This document shows positions 54,085 to 64,000 of a DNA stretch of 64,000 nt, one piece after another. How positions within the stretch are numbered: the first letter of the stretch is position 1; the number at the start of each line of letters is the position of its first letter. A program made the translations under genes and the position numbers. The stretch is from Escherichia phage MLP3: the sequence record OK148440; one strand, 5' to 3'. Below the pieces are notes generated by a model. The model searched no databases, was not told the DNA's origin, and was given only the letters and a program-made list of their open reading frames with translations.

Positions 54085-56253
54085 ATGTCTAGAGAATTAA
54101 TGCCCAAATCTGGTATAATGATGCCTCATGTGGTTGTAACCAGAGATGCGGCTGTTGTTGGTGTTTCTACCGTAGATGGACAGGTAGGAGCTGTGAATCT
54201 GACTGATAAATACTTACAGAAAACTGACGCAGCTGCTACATACCAGACTAAAGTAGAAGGGGCTACTAAGCAATATGTAACCGACGCTATCAATCCCATT
54301 ATGACAAATGCTCTTTTTAAAGATGACCCCTTTGTTAATAATGACACACCTATCCGCTCCGGTGGTGGTAATGGTGTTGAATCGGTAGACATGATTAAAG
54401 TCACTCCTGAGAATAATATCAAACTGGGGAGCTATGCTTCTTCTGTTCAGGGGGTTGAGATTCATTCTGCTGGTCGTCTTCAGGTTGTTGATCAGAACGA
54501 TTCTGGAGTCGAAACTAAATACCCGATATACTCCAAAAGGTATCGCCCGGAAGTTGAGGATTTACCTTTCGCTTCAATCGGTTCCTACGTCAAAGATTCC
54601 AAAGGACGCACTATTGGTGTAACTCGTACTGGTATCAACTCTGATATCAAACAACTTACCCAGAAGGTAACTTTCACTCAACCCGTTACTGTTCCTGATG
54701 CAGTTGGTGATTATGATGCGGTTACTTTGAGACAGCTTCGAAACAGCGGTGGTGGTTCTGGTGGTCCTACAATGAGTGGAATTTCTAACTTTGGGATTGG
54801 GGATTTTCATTTACGTGACAGCCGTGCTTTCATCCCAGCTTTTGAGGTAGTGTCTGATGGGCAGCTTTTGAATCGTGCTGACTACCCAGATTTATGGGCT
54901 TATGCACAACTGCTATCTCCAATCGAAGACTCTCTTTGGTTGTCTAATATCTATCAGAGGGGTAGGTATTCTACCGGAAATGGTACAACAACTTTCCGTG
55001 TTCCTGACCGAAATGGTATCCAAGAGGGGTCACTGAGAGCTTTATATGGCCGTGGTGATGGTGGTAATTCTGCTGCAAATGGTCAAGTGTTTGATTCTGC
55101 TGCACCGAATATCACATATGCGTCCCCTCACACAATGGTAACACTAGCCTCCGCTCCGGGGCAGGTGGCGACTAACGGGGCAATTCAATCAATCACCTCT
55201 ACAGACGATGTGGCTCCAGTGGGGGCTGGAGGTAAATACATATCCACAAACTTTGACGCATCGCGTTCCAGTCCTATTTATGGTCGCTCCACTGAGGAGA
55301 TTCTGACCCGTAACTTTGTAGGTGTTTGGACTATTCGTGCGCATGGTGGTTTTACTGCTGCTAACACCTCTTGGTCAGTTATTAACAGTGATGCAAACCG
55401 TCCTGCTGGTGGAACTAAAGCTTCTAGCGGTTCTGTTGTTGCTGAATATAAAATTGGTTCAGAAGTAGAGGCTTCTACTACGCTCCAAACTGATGCTTAT
55501 ATCGACGGAGCTTATTATGGGATTATCAATGTTTATAATAAAACCAAAGGAGTTACCAAGCAATTAGCTTTTGACGATTCTGGAACCCTGAACTCTGATA
55601 GATATGTTGCTCGGTTTGGGACATTGATGTCTTGGAGTGAAACAGGAAGTCGCAGAGGGACGTTTTCTACAGACAACCAAGGGGTTGGTGCTAACTACTC
55701 TTTTAACTCTATACTGAGTGCTTCCCAAGCATCCCAAGGTGGATACAAAACTACTACCCATGTAGGGATGATTCACAATGATGCTGGAACTTTTGCTGAT
55801 TCTTGTTGGCACGTAGCTGGGGATGAAGATAACAAGTATGGTTGTCGTTTAACTCTTCGACCAAACAGAAATGAGATTTATTACTACACTTGGCAGCCAA
55901 GTTCAACCGGAACTTATACTCTTGCTATGAATCCTGTATCTGATGAAAAGTTGAAACATAACATCCAAGATATCTCTCCTGATGAAGCAATTCGTGCGAT
56001 AAAAGGTTTGGATTTCAAATCGTTTGTGTACAACAATGATAATCAAGGAAGAACTCGTCGTGGTATCATTGCACAGCAGGCAGAGAAAGTTGAACCTCTT
56101 TATGTTAAAACTCGTAAATTCCATGACAACGATGGGGTAGAGCAGGAACAGAAAGAGTTGGATGCAACTCCAATGCTTTTAGATACCATGCAGGTTGTTC
56201 AAGATCTGCTGAAGCGTATTGAAGTTCTAGAAGCGAAGTTAGCAGAGAAGTGA
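54085..56253 (+). CDS. tail fibre/spike with C-terminal intramolecular chaperone (peptidase S74) domain
   Basis: C-terminal SDEKLKHNIQDI motif (S74 Ser-Lys dyad context) followed by coiled coil. Confidence 0.7.
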   Translation: MSRELMPKSGIMMPHVVVTRDAAVVGVSTVDGQVGAVNLTDKYLQKTDAAATYQTKVEGATKQYVTDAINPIMTNALFKDDPFVNNDTPIRSGGGNGVESVDMIKVTPENNIKLGSYASSVQGVEIHSAGRLQVVDQNDSGVETKYPIYSKRYRPEVEDLPFASIGSYVKDSKGRTIGVTRTGINSDIKQLTQKVTFTQPVTVPDAVGDYDAVTLRQLRNSGGGSGGPTMSGISNFGIGDFHLRDSRAFIPAFEVVSDGQLLNRADYPDLWAYAQLLSPIEDSLWLSNIYQRGRYSTGNGTTTFRVPDRNGIQEGSLRALYGRGDGGNSAANGQVFDSAAPNITYASPHTMVTLASAPGQVATNGAIQSITSTDDVAPVGAGGKYISTNFDASRSSPIYGRSTEEILTRNFVGVWTIRAHGGFTAANTSWSVINSDANRPAGGTKASSGSVVAEYKIGSEVEASTTLQTDAYIDGAYYGIINVYNKTKGVTKQLAFDDSGTLNSDRYVARFGTLMSWSETGSRRGTFSTDNQGVGANYSFNSILSASQASQGGYKTTTHVGMIHNDAGTFADSCWHVAGDEDNKYGCRLTLRPNRNEIYYYTWQPSSTGTYTLAMNPVSDEKLKHNIQDISPDEAIRAIKGLDFKSFVYNNDNQGRTRRGIIAQQAEKVEPLYVKTRKFHDNDGVEQEQKELDATPMLLDTMQVVQDLLKRIEVLEAKLAEK

Positions 56254-56257
56254 GATA

Positions 56258-56277
56258 AGCCCCTTCGGGGGCTTTTA
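56258..56277 (+). terminator. rho-independent terminator
   Basis: AGCCCC-TTCG-GGGGCT followed by TTTT. Confidence 0.6.
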
Positions 56278-56342
56278 GGAGTGAAACTGGTGAATAAGTA
56301 ATGAAACTACTATATCCAAAAGGAAAATGAAAGGAGAAGAAA

Positions 56343-56561
56343 ATGAAAATGATGAAACAGGTAACTTATGGTCTAGCTTGCTTAGGGACAGGTTTTGTGA
56401 TTTCCACAGCAGTACCTGTAAATGCAGTAGGCTCTCATTCTATTATAGAAGCTCCTGTAGAGAAGCTTAGTTCTCAATGTAAACAAAGGACCATTCAAAA
56501 TAATTTGGTTGTTATTTGCCCAGACGCTCAATCTTCAGCTCTGAGAAAAATTCTTCCTTAA
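56343..56561 (+). CDS. small secreted/membrane protein upstream of endolysin
   Basis: Signal-like N-terminus MKMMKQVTYGLACLGTGFVISTAVPVNA; AAGGAG SD. Confidence 0.45.
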   Translation: MKMMKQVTYGLACLGTGFVISTAVPVNAVGSHSIIEAPVEKLSSQCKQRTIQNNLVVICPDAQSSALRKILP

Positions 56562-56594
56562 TTGACCTAAAATAACAACAAAAGGAGGTCAAAG

Positions 56595-57086
56595 ATGGAC
56601 GCTATCGCATTGCCGCCTATACAGATGAGCCTAAGTCCGGCTGGTATGGAGTTTATCATGAAGCATGAAGGCATGAGAACTAAAGCCTATAAAGACTCCG
56701 CTGGAATCTGGACTATATGTGTAGGGGCTACGCGCGATATGAATGGGTATCCAGTAAGACAAGGATTAACGTATTCTATAGAGGATTGTCTAGCTCTGCT
56801 AGATAGAGACACACAAGACTCTGTTCGTGCTACTCAGAAAAACATAAGAGTTCCTATGCTAGCTCATGAATTTGATGCTGTCACTTCTTTCAACTTTAAT
56901 GTTGGTGGTGGTGCTTTGTCAGCTTCAAAACTTAGGAAAGTGATCAACGGAGATGTGAAGGGTGATGTTTACTCAGAGTTCTTACGTTGGGATAAGATAA
57001 CTGTTAAAGGTGTAAAGCAGCGGAGTCCGGGACTTCACAATCGCAGGGTTGCAGAAGCAAATCTATACACTACAGGAAAATATTAA
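56595..57086 (+). CDS. T4-type lysozyme (GH24 endolysin)
   Basis: HEGMRTKAYKDSAGIWTICVGAT matches the catalytic E-x8-D-x5-T region of phage lysozymes. Confidence 0.85.
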   Translation: MDAIALPPIQMSLSPAGMEFIMKHEGMRTKAYKDSAGIWTICVGATRDMNGYPVRQGLTYSIEDCLALLDRDTQDSVRATQKNIRVPMLAHEFDAVTSFNFNVGGGALSASKLRKVINGDVKGDVYSEFLRWDKITVKGVKQRSPGLHNRRVAEANLYTTGKY

Positions 57087-57098
57087 TGGAGGTGCCTT

Positions 57099-57902
57099 TT
57101 GGCTATCGAAACAACTGCGGTAGTTACTACCGATTTAAACCCCCTATACCCACGGGACAGGGATTATCTTTATGAAGGGGCTGCCCAGATACGACTGGTC
57201 AAACAAGTATTAATTAACACCTTTCCTAACATCACAGAGCCAGTTCAACTTGACTCAGATTCTTTCAACATCTTAGCAAACAAGGTTTCCTTTACTGGAG
57301 ATTCTATGGATGTTGGAGGTTTGATGATCAAAAACTTAACTCCGGGAACTGGTGATAAAGATGCTGTAACCAAAGGTCAGATGGAAGCTTTCATGTTAAA
57401 CTGGATGCAGAATAAACTCTATCGTATTGGGGCTTACTATATCACTGAAGAAGATATCAACCCCGGAGATTCTAGCTCTCTTGGTTTTGGTTCTTGGGCT
57501 AAAGTAACTGGTGTTGTTATGGGTACTGGTGTTGTTAACCCTGATGGCTCTGTTCCTAATGCTCAGCGTGTAGAGTTCCAAGCAGGTGGTACTGGTGGTC
57601 GTGTATTTAACACAATTCGTGCTGACAACATGCCTCTGACTACAATCAATGGTTCTAGTTTTCAAGTTAGTTCTTATTCTCACTCACATAATATCACAAT
57701 GGGTCGTGGAGATGCTAGTGGTCACAACAGCAGTCCTAATTGGTATAGTCCGGGTGGTGGTTATACTCAGGTAACTGACACTAACACCCACTCTCACTCA
57801 ATTACAGGTTCTGTTAGTTTTGGACGTGATGATGTATCGAGACAACCCATCAACACTTTGCCGCCTTTCAGAGCAGCGCATATCTGGAGACGTATTAGCT
57901 AA
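57099..57902 (+). CDS. tail fibre-like protein (TTG start)
   Basis: TTG at 57099 with GGAGG 6 nt upstream; GDKDAVTKGQ motif common at tail-fibre N-termini. Confidence 0.5.
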   Translation: MAIETTAVVTTDLNPLYPRDRDYLYEGAAQIRLVKQVLINTFPNITEPVQLDSDSFNILANKVSFTGDSMDVGGLMIKNLTPGTGDKDAVTKGQMEAFMLNWMQNKLYRIGAYYITEEDINPGDSSSLGFGSWAKVTGVVMGTGVVNPDGSVPNAQRVEFQAGGTGGRVFNTIRADNMPLTTINGSSFQVSSYSHSHNITMGRGDASGHNSSPNWYSPGGGYTQVTDTNTHSHSITGSVSFGRDDVSRQPINTLPPFRAAHIWRRIS

Positions 57903-57911
57903 GGAGGAACT

Positions 57912-60900
57912 ATGGCGCTTTATCCAATAAAATCTTTAGGGGCTGTAGGGGTTATTGCTGACCAAGCTCCGACTGATTTAGCACCTAATGCTTTCACTAA
58001 TGCTATCAATGCCCGCTTTGTAGAGCAAAGAGTTTTTAAGACGGGGGGCAATGCCCCTCTTTCTTATGTAGAAGAAGATAAAGAGATTACACCACTTTCT
58101 TTTATATCAATGCCTTTTGACTACTATAGTGCAGGTAATAGCTTTCTGATTGTTGGTACAGACAAAAAGCTATACAAGCTAACAGATGAAAGTTTGACAG
58201 ATATTAGCCGAAAGGTTGCTACTGTCACAAAAAGAGCTTCCGCTTCTATTAAGATATATCCGGTTGTTTCTCAGATTGTTCCTAAAGAAACTTCTATTTC
58301 AATGAATTTCAATCAAACTAAAACCTTGGAAGTTTCTATTCTTCCTGAAGATGCTAATAACACAGCTTTAGTTTGGGAGGTTAGTAATTCTTCTTATGGT
58401 AAAGTAGAAGCTGACACCGAGAACCCTAAAACTGCAACCTTGACGTCTTATGAAAAAGAAGGGAATTTAGTAGTTACTGTATCAACAGCTGATAAATCTA
58501 TTAGTGCTCAGATTGCAGTAAACATCATAGATGGTGATTCTGGTATCTTCTTAAGTCAGGATACAATAACTGTCCGCAAAGGTGGTAACACAACGCTAAC
58601 TGCTGTTACTGGAAAAACTCCTGTAACTTGGGTCTCTAGTAATGCTTCTGTTGTGTCTGTAACACCTAATGCTAATACACTGACAGCTACTTTGTCTGCT
58701 AATGGTGAGGGTACTGTAACAATAACTGCTGATAACGGAACTAAGAGTGCTTCTTGTCAAATTACTGTTATACCTCAGATAGACAGTATCACTCTGAGTC
58801 AGACAAGCGTTCAAATGAGCAGGGGTACTCAGTATGTTTTAACTGCTACGGTTAATCCTTCAGATGCTCCCAATAAAAGCATAACTTGGACTTCCTCTAA
58901 TCCTGCCATTGCCACAGTTTCTGGAAATAGTACAGAAGCGGTAATAACAGGGTTACTAGCTGGGTTTACTGAAATCACAGCTGTTACTCAAGAGGGTGAT
59001 AGATCAGCAACCTGTACAGTGAGAGTTGATTTAGCTGGGAGAATGATGCGAACTTCTGCAATGGCTTTATCAGAACCTGTTGTAGATTCTATACAAGAAG
59101 AAGAAACCAATAATACTCCTATCGAATCAGAAGAGGTTTTATATTTTGTTAATGAGCCATCTGGAGTTGATACCTCAGGGATGTATGAAGGTAACAACTT
59201 CTATGATTACTCAAACGTCAATGATATGGAAGGTTTTGCACGAGCTGCACTTATGTCCAGTGATACTCCGTTGCAATCTTTATCACTAGATATCATCGAT
59301 GCCTCTCTTGATGTTGGGGAAGATATTGTAATTACAGCCAATGCTTTGCCTGAGGGAGAGTATTTCTATCAGTGGACAGTGGACAAAGCAGGATATGTTT
59401 CAACCACATCTACTACCGGGAAATCTCTAAAACTGACAGCTATTCGTAAAGGTGAGATCAAAGTTACTTGTACTGCTAGTCAAATGACTCAGAAAGATTA
59501 TGATGCTTTTGACGACTATCCTTGGTATCACACCATAATCTCTAACTGTGCAGTGGCTACCACTCACTATGAAACACCACAGGTCAAAGAGTTTGAATCT
59601 GAGTATTTCGTAGATCTTCCGGGATGGGGTGAGCAAACAGTCGTTGATAATGATGGCAACCCTTCTGTTAAGAAATTTAACTGGAAGTGTGAGCGTATTC
59701 GTGCATTCAACAACAGACTTTTTGCTCTGAATATGAGGGAATCTAATGCATCTGGTGTAACTACTCACTACCCTCTAAGACTCCGGTGGTCGAATTTCGC
59801 TAACGAAAACAAAGCTCCATCTCTTTGGGATGATTATGCTTATGATCGTTTAACAACTTCAGACCTATCAGCAAACATTGTTGGTCAAACTGAGGCTTTG
59901 GAAAATGGGTACGCTGGGTATATAGATTTAGCAGATTCTAACGGAAGCTTGATTGATGTACTTCCTCTGAAAGATTACCTTTTTGTTTACACGGAGTTCG
60001 AAACCTACATTGGTTCTCCAACCAATAACACATATCAGCCCCTTATGTTTAAGAAGCTGTTTAATGACTCTGGCATACTTGCTCCTGAGTGTGCAGTTGA
60101 AGTCGAAGGTGGACACTTCGTAGTAACTCAAAATGATGTGATCTTACACAATGGTGCATCTAAAAAATCTATAGCATCTAACCGAGTCAAGAATCTTCTC
60201 ATTAATGAGATCTGTCTAGTAAACCCTCTAGCTACTAGAGTTCACCTACACCAAGACAAGAAAGAGGTTTGGGTTTTATATGTAGGTCCGGGAGAGCCTA
60301 AAGAGAGTTTTGCTTGTAATAAAGCCGCTGTTTGGAATTATGAGTTTGACACTTGGTCTTTCCGTACAATACCATATGCTCAGTGTATTGGGTTAGTCGA
60401 TCCACCAGTTCTTGAGAGAGGTCCAATCTGGGCAGATTTTCAAGAGATCACTTGGGATGATCCCTCTATTAACCAATTAGTCTGGAGAAAGGATGCTAAT
60501 AACTTCCGTCAAAGGATTACAATAGTTGGCTCTTTCCTGAAGGGATTCTATCAAGTGGATGTTGGTGCTCTGGACTACATCTATGACAGAACCAATGATA
60601 GGATTATAGAAAAACCTTTAGAAATGAGGCTAGAAAGAACTGGTATTGATTTTGATAGTGTCACTAACGAGTGGAATCAAAAACATATTAATAGATTTAG
60701 ACCTCAAGTCACTGGTACGGGTACTTATACTTTTGAAGTCGGTGGAAGTCAATTCTCAAACGAATATGGACACAATCACTCAACTAAAGAGTTTAGGGTA
60801 GGCTCAGATCGTCATGTATCCGTGAGACTGAACCATCCATACCTATTCTATAATGTTATAGATAATGATGTTAACAGTAATGCTTCTATGAATGGTTTAA

Positions 60901-60932
60901 CCATAGAGTTTAGTGTTGGCGGTCGAAGATAA
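57912..60932 (+). CDS. large structural protein with three Big_2 (bacterial Ig-like) domains
   Basis: Three about 80-aa repeats ending ...TVTV/TITA...; 1006 aa; strong SD. Confidence 0.65.
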   Translation: MALYPIKSLGAVGVIADQAPTDLAPNAFTNAINARFVEQRVFKTGGNAPLSYVEEDKEITPLSFISMPFDYYSAGNSFLIVGTDKKLYKLTDESLTDISRKVATVTKRASASIKIYPVVSQIVPKETSISMNFNQTKTLEVSILPEDANNTALVWEVSNSSYGKVEADTENPKTATLTSYEKEGNLVVTVSTADKSISAQIAVNIIDGDSGIFLSQDTITVRKGGNTTLTAVTGKTPVTWVSSNASVVSVTPNANTLTATLSANGEGTVTITADNGTKSASCQITVIPQIDSITLSQTSVQMSRGTQYVLTATVNPSDAPNKSITWTSSNPAIATVSGNSTEAVITGLLAGFTEITAVTQEGDRSATCTVRVDLAGRMMRTSAMALSEPVVDSIQEEETNNTPIESEEVLYFVNEPSGVDTSGMYEGNNFYDYSNVNDMEGFARAALMSSDTPLQSLSLDIIDASLDVGEDIVITANALPEGEYFYQWTVDKAGYVSTTSTTGKSLKLTAIRKGEIKVTCTASQMTQKDYDAFDDYPWYHTIISNCAVATTHYETPQVKEFESEYFVDLPGWGEQTVVDNDGNPSVKKFNWKCERIRAFNNRLFALNMRESNASGVTTHYPLRLRWSNFANENKAPSLWDDYAYDRLTTSDLSANIVGQTEALENGYAGYIDLADSNGSLIDVLPLKDYLFVYTEFETYIGSPTNNTYQPLMFKKLFNDSGILAPECAVEVEGGHFVVTQNDVILHNGASKKSIASNRVKNLLINEICLVNPLATRVHLHQDKKEVWVLYVGPGEPKESFACNKAAVWNYEFDTWSFRTIPYAQCIGLVDPPVLERGPIWADFQEITWDDPSINQLVWRKDANNFRQRITIVGSFLKGFYQVDVGALDYIYDRTNDRIIEKPLEMRLERTGIDFDSVTNEWNQKHINRFRPQVTGTGTYTFEVGGSQFSNEYGHNHSTKEFRVGSDRHVSVRLNHPYLFYNVIDNDVNSNASMNGLTIEFSVGGRR

Positions 60933-60937
60933 CAAAT

Positions 60938-60965
60938 AGGGGCTTCGGCCCCTTTTATTGTTTTT
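60938..60965 (+). terminator. rho-independent terminator
   Basis: AGGGGC-TTCG-GCCCCT followed by TTTTATTGTTTTT. Confidence 0.7.
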
Positions 60966-60967
60966 AA

Positions 60968-61948
60968 TTGGAGGTACTTATGGGTGCTGGAGGTTTTCGA
61001 AAGAATACTGGTAGAAACAACACCACACTTCCGTACAATGTTGGTTTTCTAAACAATGTGCAGGATACAGAAACTTACAACGTTGCCGTCTATGATGAAC
61101 TACAAAAAGTTAGTACAGCAACTAATCAGATGTTTCAAGCCATTGATGAAATACATGAAGAAATTGATGTTAGGATTAAAGCTCTTAATGCAATGAATCT
61201 TCAATTTGATGAACTTGAAAACAGAATTACTACAGAGATCGAAACAGCTATTGCTGATATTCAAACACAGATGGGCAATCTGTCCACTGAAGATATTTGG
61301 GATAATTCAGTACAACCGCCAGTTAAGCTAGAAAGTTCTATGGCAGGGTTTAAAACTTCTATAGAAGGTAATGAGGTTAAGATACAATCTGTTGAGGGAA
61401 TCGTAAACCAGCAGGGAGAGGAAATTGGCTTAGTTCAAACAGAGATCTCCAACATTAACAGCAGTCTATCTTCTTATATGAAGCTATCTGACTACGAGGC
61501 TACGTGGGGGGTTAACTCAAATGTCAACGGTAGGTATGCTGGTGTCAAGTTAACTAACAACGGAACAAACAGTCAATTCCAAGTAACAGCTAACAAATTT
61601 ATTGTTGGTGATGGCAGCTCTGGTAACACACCTTTTGTGTTTGAGGGTGGTAGGGCTAGAATGGAGTTCGCTGACATAAAGAACGTCAACATCACAACTG
61701 CTCAGATTGCCAACGCTAGGATCCAATGGGCACAGATTGATAACGTATCTATCTCCAATGCTCAGATTCAGAATTTATCAGCGGATAAAATCACTGCTGG
61801 TTCTATGTGGGGTTCTAACTGGAGACTTACTGTTGGTGGTGATTTTGTTATGGGTGGTACAGGTGGTTCTCAGTTGTGGATGAATGGTAATAGAATAGAT
61901 TTTTATGATGGGAGTGGAACTCTTCGCATAAGAATAGGGAGTTGGTAA
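60968..61948 (+). CDS. tail protein (coiled-coil N-terminus; fibre-like C-terminus)
   Basis: 326-aa ORF with GGAGG SD; repetitive IANARIQWAQIDNVSISNAQIQN segment. Confidence 0.5.
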   Translation: MEVLMGAGGFRKNTGRNNTTLPYNVGFLNNVQDTETYNVAVYDELQKVSTATNQMFQAIDEIHEEIDVRIKALNAMNLQFDELENRITTEIETAIADIQTQMGNLSTEDIWDNSVQPPVKLESSMAGFKTSIEGNEVKIQSVEGIVNQQGEEIGLVQTEISNINSSLSSYMKLSDYEATWGVNSNVNGRYAGVKLTNNGTNSQFQVTANKFIVGDGSSGNTPFVFEGGRARMEFADIKNVNITTAQIANARIQWAQIDNVSISNAQIQNLSADKITAGSMWGSNWRLTVGGDFVMGGTGGSQLWMNGNRIDFYDGSGTLRIRIGSW

Positions 61949-61949
61949 C

Positions 61950-62984
61950 ATGGCATATGGAATATGGACACGCCCGGTTGGTCCGGGTCCAGCGGCCCCT
62001 GCTGATATTTATATTGATAGTGGTAGCACATTCCCTCAACTCAGAAATAGGGTCAGTGGGAATTTCTCTTTTAGTGGAAATACCTGTGACTTGCCTATAA
62101 GTGGTTGGGATGGTAGTGGTCAGATAGTTATAGTTCCAACAGGGTCTGTTGTTTGGGAGAGATACATACCTCCCAATTTAACATCTGATGTATATTGGAT
62201 AACTGACATATCTGTTATTAATAACTCAACCTTCAGAGTTACTATGGACTATAATGTAAACGGTTGGATATTTGATATGGCTTTTAATGTGTATCAAATA
62301 TGGCCTAGAGCTAATAGGAACTATGGAATCACATTCTCCAACTCTGCTGACTATTTCTCAATCTCTGATTCTGGAGTTGTTGGTCAATGTATTTGGGCTT
62401 GGGAAGGTGACATAAATGGTTCTCTTCAAATACCAGATATTGGTGGTTTTGATATGAGCCGAGCAACTGTCTACGCAAATTGGAGTAACGGAGGAGCAGG
62501 GCTTCTATACAATCCATCCAATAGGGTTGTTTATGTGTACCAGAACAGGTCTCATGATAATGGTAACACAAACCAAACAGGATCCATTGGCGGTGTTAGA
62601 ATTGCCGTCTTCTGTGATGGTTCTGGAGTACCGACTCATAATGGAGGTTTAAATATCTTTTCTCCAAATGGGTCTCAGTGTGTATTTTCTACATATAGAA
62701 CCCCTTTTAGTGTTGAGGGATTTATGCCTATGAGTGGTGGTAACACATCTCTGGCCTATCCAATGATACCACTATCTTACGGAGCCGGAGCAATAAGAGG
62801 CAGGACTAGTGGTTGGTATTTTCAACACACAAGATCTCACATGATGAATGGCTCTTCTTTCAGCACAGGTTTCGGTAGGATGATTTACTCTTGGAGTGAC
62901 CAATACGATTTAGGAGGGGGTGGTGCTCTCGGATTAAGCATTCCGATATTAGATGCTAGGAAAATATTCAGGAGTATACAATAA
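61950..62984 (+). CDS. tail protein (hypothetical)
   Basis: 344-aa ORF translationally coupled to previous gene. Confidence 0.5.
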   Translation: MAYGIWTRPVGPGPAAPADIYIDSGSTFPQLRNRVSGNFSFSGNTCDLPISGWDGSGQIVIVPTGSVVWERYIPPNLTSDVYWITDISVINNSTFRVTMDYNVNGWIFDMAFNVYQIWPRANRNYGITFSNSADYFSISDSGVVGQCIWAWEGDINGSLQIPDIGGFDMSRATVYANWSNGGAGLLYNPSNRVVYVYQNRSHDNGNTNQTGSIGGVRIAVFCDGSGVPTHNGGLNIFSPNGSQCVFSTYRTPFSVEGFMPMSGGNTSLAYPMIPLSYGAGAIRGRTSGWYFQHTRSHMMNGSSFSTGFGRMIYSWSDQYDLGGGGALGLSIPILDARKIFRSIQ

Positions 62985-62993
62985 GGAGTTATT

Positions 62994-63791
62994 ATGTCAA
63001 TTAGAATGGGTATTGAAGAACTAGACCCAATGGTTCAACAGGCTTCAAAGAAGTATGGGATTCCTGCTGCTTTGATTCATGCTGTAATCCAAAGAGAGTC
63101 TAGTGGTCGTCCTACAGTGGCTTCTGGAACTGGTCCTGTAGGTTTAATGCAGATTAGTAAAGGGTTGGCTAAAGATTACGGTTACAAACTTGAAGATAGG
63201 TTAGACCCTGCAAAGAATATTGACATGGGTGCTAGATATTTAAGAGATAACCTGAAAGCTTTTGACGGCGATGTGAGGAAGGCTTTGGTGGGGTATTCAG
63301 AAGGGACTGGTGGTGCTAAGCAAATGTTTGCTGGTAAGAAAGGGTTTACACCTCAAGCTTTAGATTCAATGAATAATAAGCTGTTCCTACCATTCTTTGA
63401 TAAGAATACAGCAGCGGCACAAGTGGCTAATCCTGTAGGTGCTTTGAAAGCAGTACAGCCTGTGGACCAGTTTGATTCTAATACGCTGACTAGAGAAGGT
63501 GCTGCAAACGCTCCTACTCAAGCAGAGATAGCTGCAAGCAAGGCTGGAGCTTTAGGTGGTCGTCCTGTAGAGTTTTACTCTGATGAACAATCTACTGGGG
63601 AAAATCAAAAACCTCAACAGAACTTTGGAAATGCTGTATTGGCAGCTGCTTCTATGCTTGCAGGAAAACAGCCTAACTCTCAAACCGTACAGAGAGCACA
63701 TGCCCCTACTCAAGCAGGTTCTCGATACAGTCCACAAACACAAGCCGTGCTGAGACGTTTGTCTAGCATAGGTACTGATATTTACAGATAA
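62994..63791 (+). CDS. lytic transglycosylase (SLT domain), probably virion-associated
   Basis: SLT motifs QRESSGRP...GPVGLMQI...YLRDNL; located among tail genes. Confidence 0.8.
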   Translation: MSIRMGIEELDPMVQQASKKYGIPAALIHAVIQRESSGRPTVASGTGPVGLMQISKGLAKDYGYKLEDRLDPAKNIDMGARYLRDNLKAFDGDVRKALVGYSEGTGGAKQMFAGKKGFTPQALDSMNNKLFLPFFDKNTAAAQVANPVGALKAVQPVDQFDSNTLTREGAANAPTQAEIAASKAGALGGRPVEFYSDEQSTGENQKPQQNFGNAVLAAASMLAGKQPNSQTVQRAHAPTQAGSRYSPQTQAVLRRLSSIGTDIYR

Positions 63792-63800
63792 GGAGGACGT

Positions 63801-64000
63801 ATGTCTCTTTTCGGTTCTGCTCCTAAATCTAAGACTACGGTAGCTCCGTCTTCTCAGGTTGATGCTCTTCTGAAACAGATTGTAGCAAATGCTCAGGCTA
63901 TGAATCAAAACGATCAAGGTTTTATTAATCGTAACATAGCAGGTTTTAATGAAAATCAAACAGCAGCTCTTTCTAATTTAGCAAATTCTAACACACTCAA
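63801..64000 (+). CDS. hypothetical protein, truncated by window edge
   Basis: ATG at 63801 with AAGGAGG SD; open to end of window. Confidence 0.5.
   Translation, partial: MSLFGSAPKSKTTVAPSSQVDALLKQIVANAQAMNQNDQGFINRNIAGFNENQTAALSNLANSNTL

Noticed and set aside
1-64000. Prophage integration features (integrase, att sites, repressor)
   Set aside because: No integrase-like ORF or flanking direct repeats seen; gene content (own replisome, nucleotide metabolism) fits a virulent phage, though the window may not cover the whole genome.

Overview
This window is a segment of a tailed dsDNA phage genome (podovirus-like gene set), organised as two divergent blocks. Positions 1-40405 are read almost entirely on the minus strand and carry replication and nucleotide-metabolism genes: family A DNA polymerase domain, a separately encoded 3'-5' exonuclease, T7 gp4-like primase-helicase, PhoH, ThyX, dCTP deaminase, thioredoxin, a Dps-like ferritin, a Pol-beta-type nucleotidyltransferase, a tRNA-Arg(UCU), and many small ORFs, several in paralogous families. 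Positions 41358-64000 are read on the plus strand and carry the morphogenesis module: small and large terminase, portal, scaffold, major capsid with a probable -1 frameshift Ig-like extension, an inserted HNH endonuclease, tail fibres, T4-type lysozyme, Big_2 structural protein and a lytic transglycosylase. The most striking content is a minus-strand cluster at about 16.6-27 kb encoding a gamma-glutamyl-cyclotransferase-like protein, an ATP-grasp ligase, a class II glutamine amidotransferase that appears to start at AUU, two carboxylate-amine (amidoligase) type proteins and three unassigned large proteins; this looks like an uncharacterised peptide or amide-ligation system whose substrate is unknown. 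Other notable features are two copies of a ~130-nt conserved element with a compensatory hairpin, each followed by an intrinsic terminator; an array of ATGGGTAGG-like repeats and an oligopurine tract at the divergence point; and a 1.9-kb non-coding gap with TTAAAGAGCGG motifs. All functional calls rest on motif recognition by eye; no database search was run. Resemblance to phiEco32/7-11-type phages is a guess from memory only.
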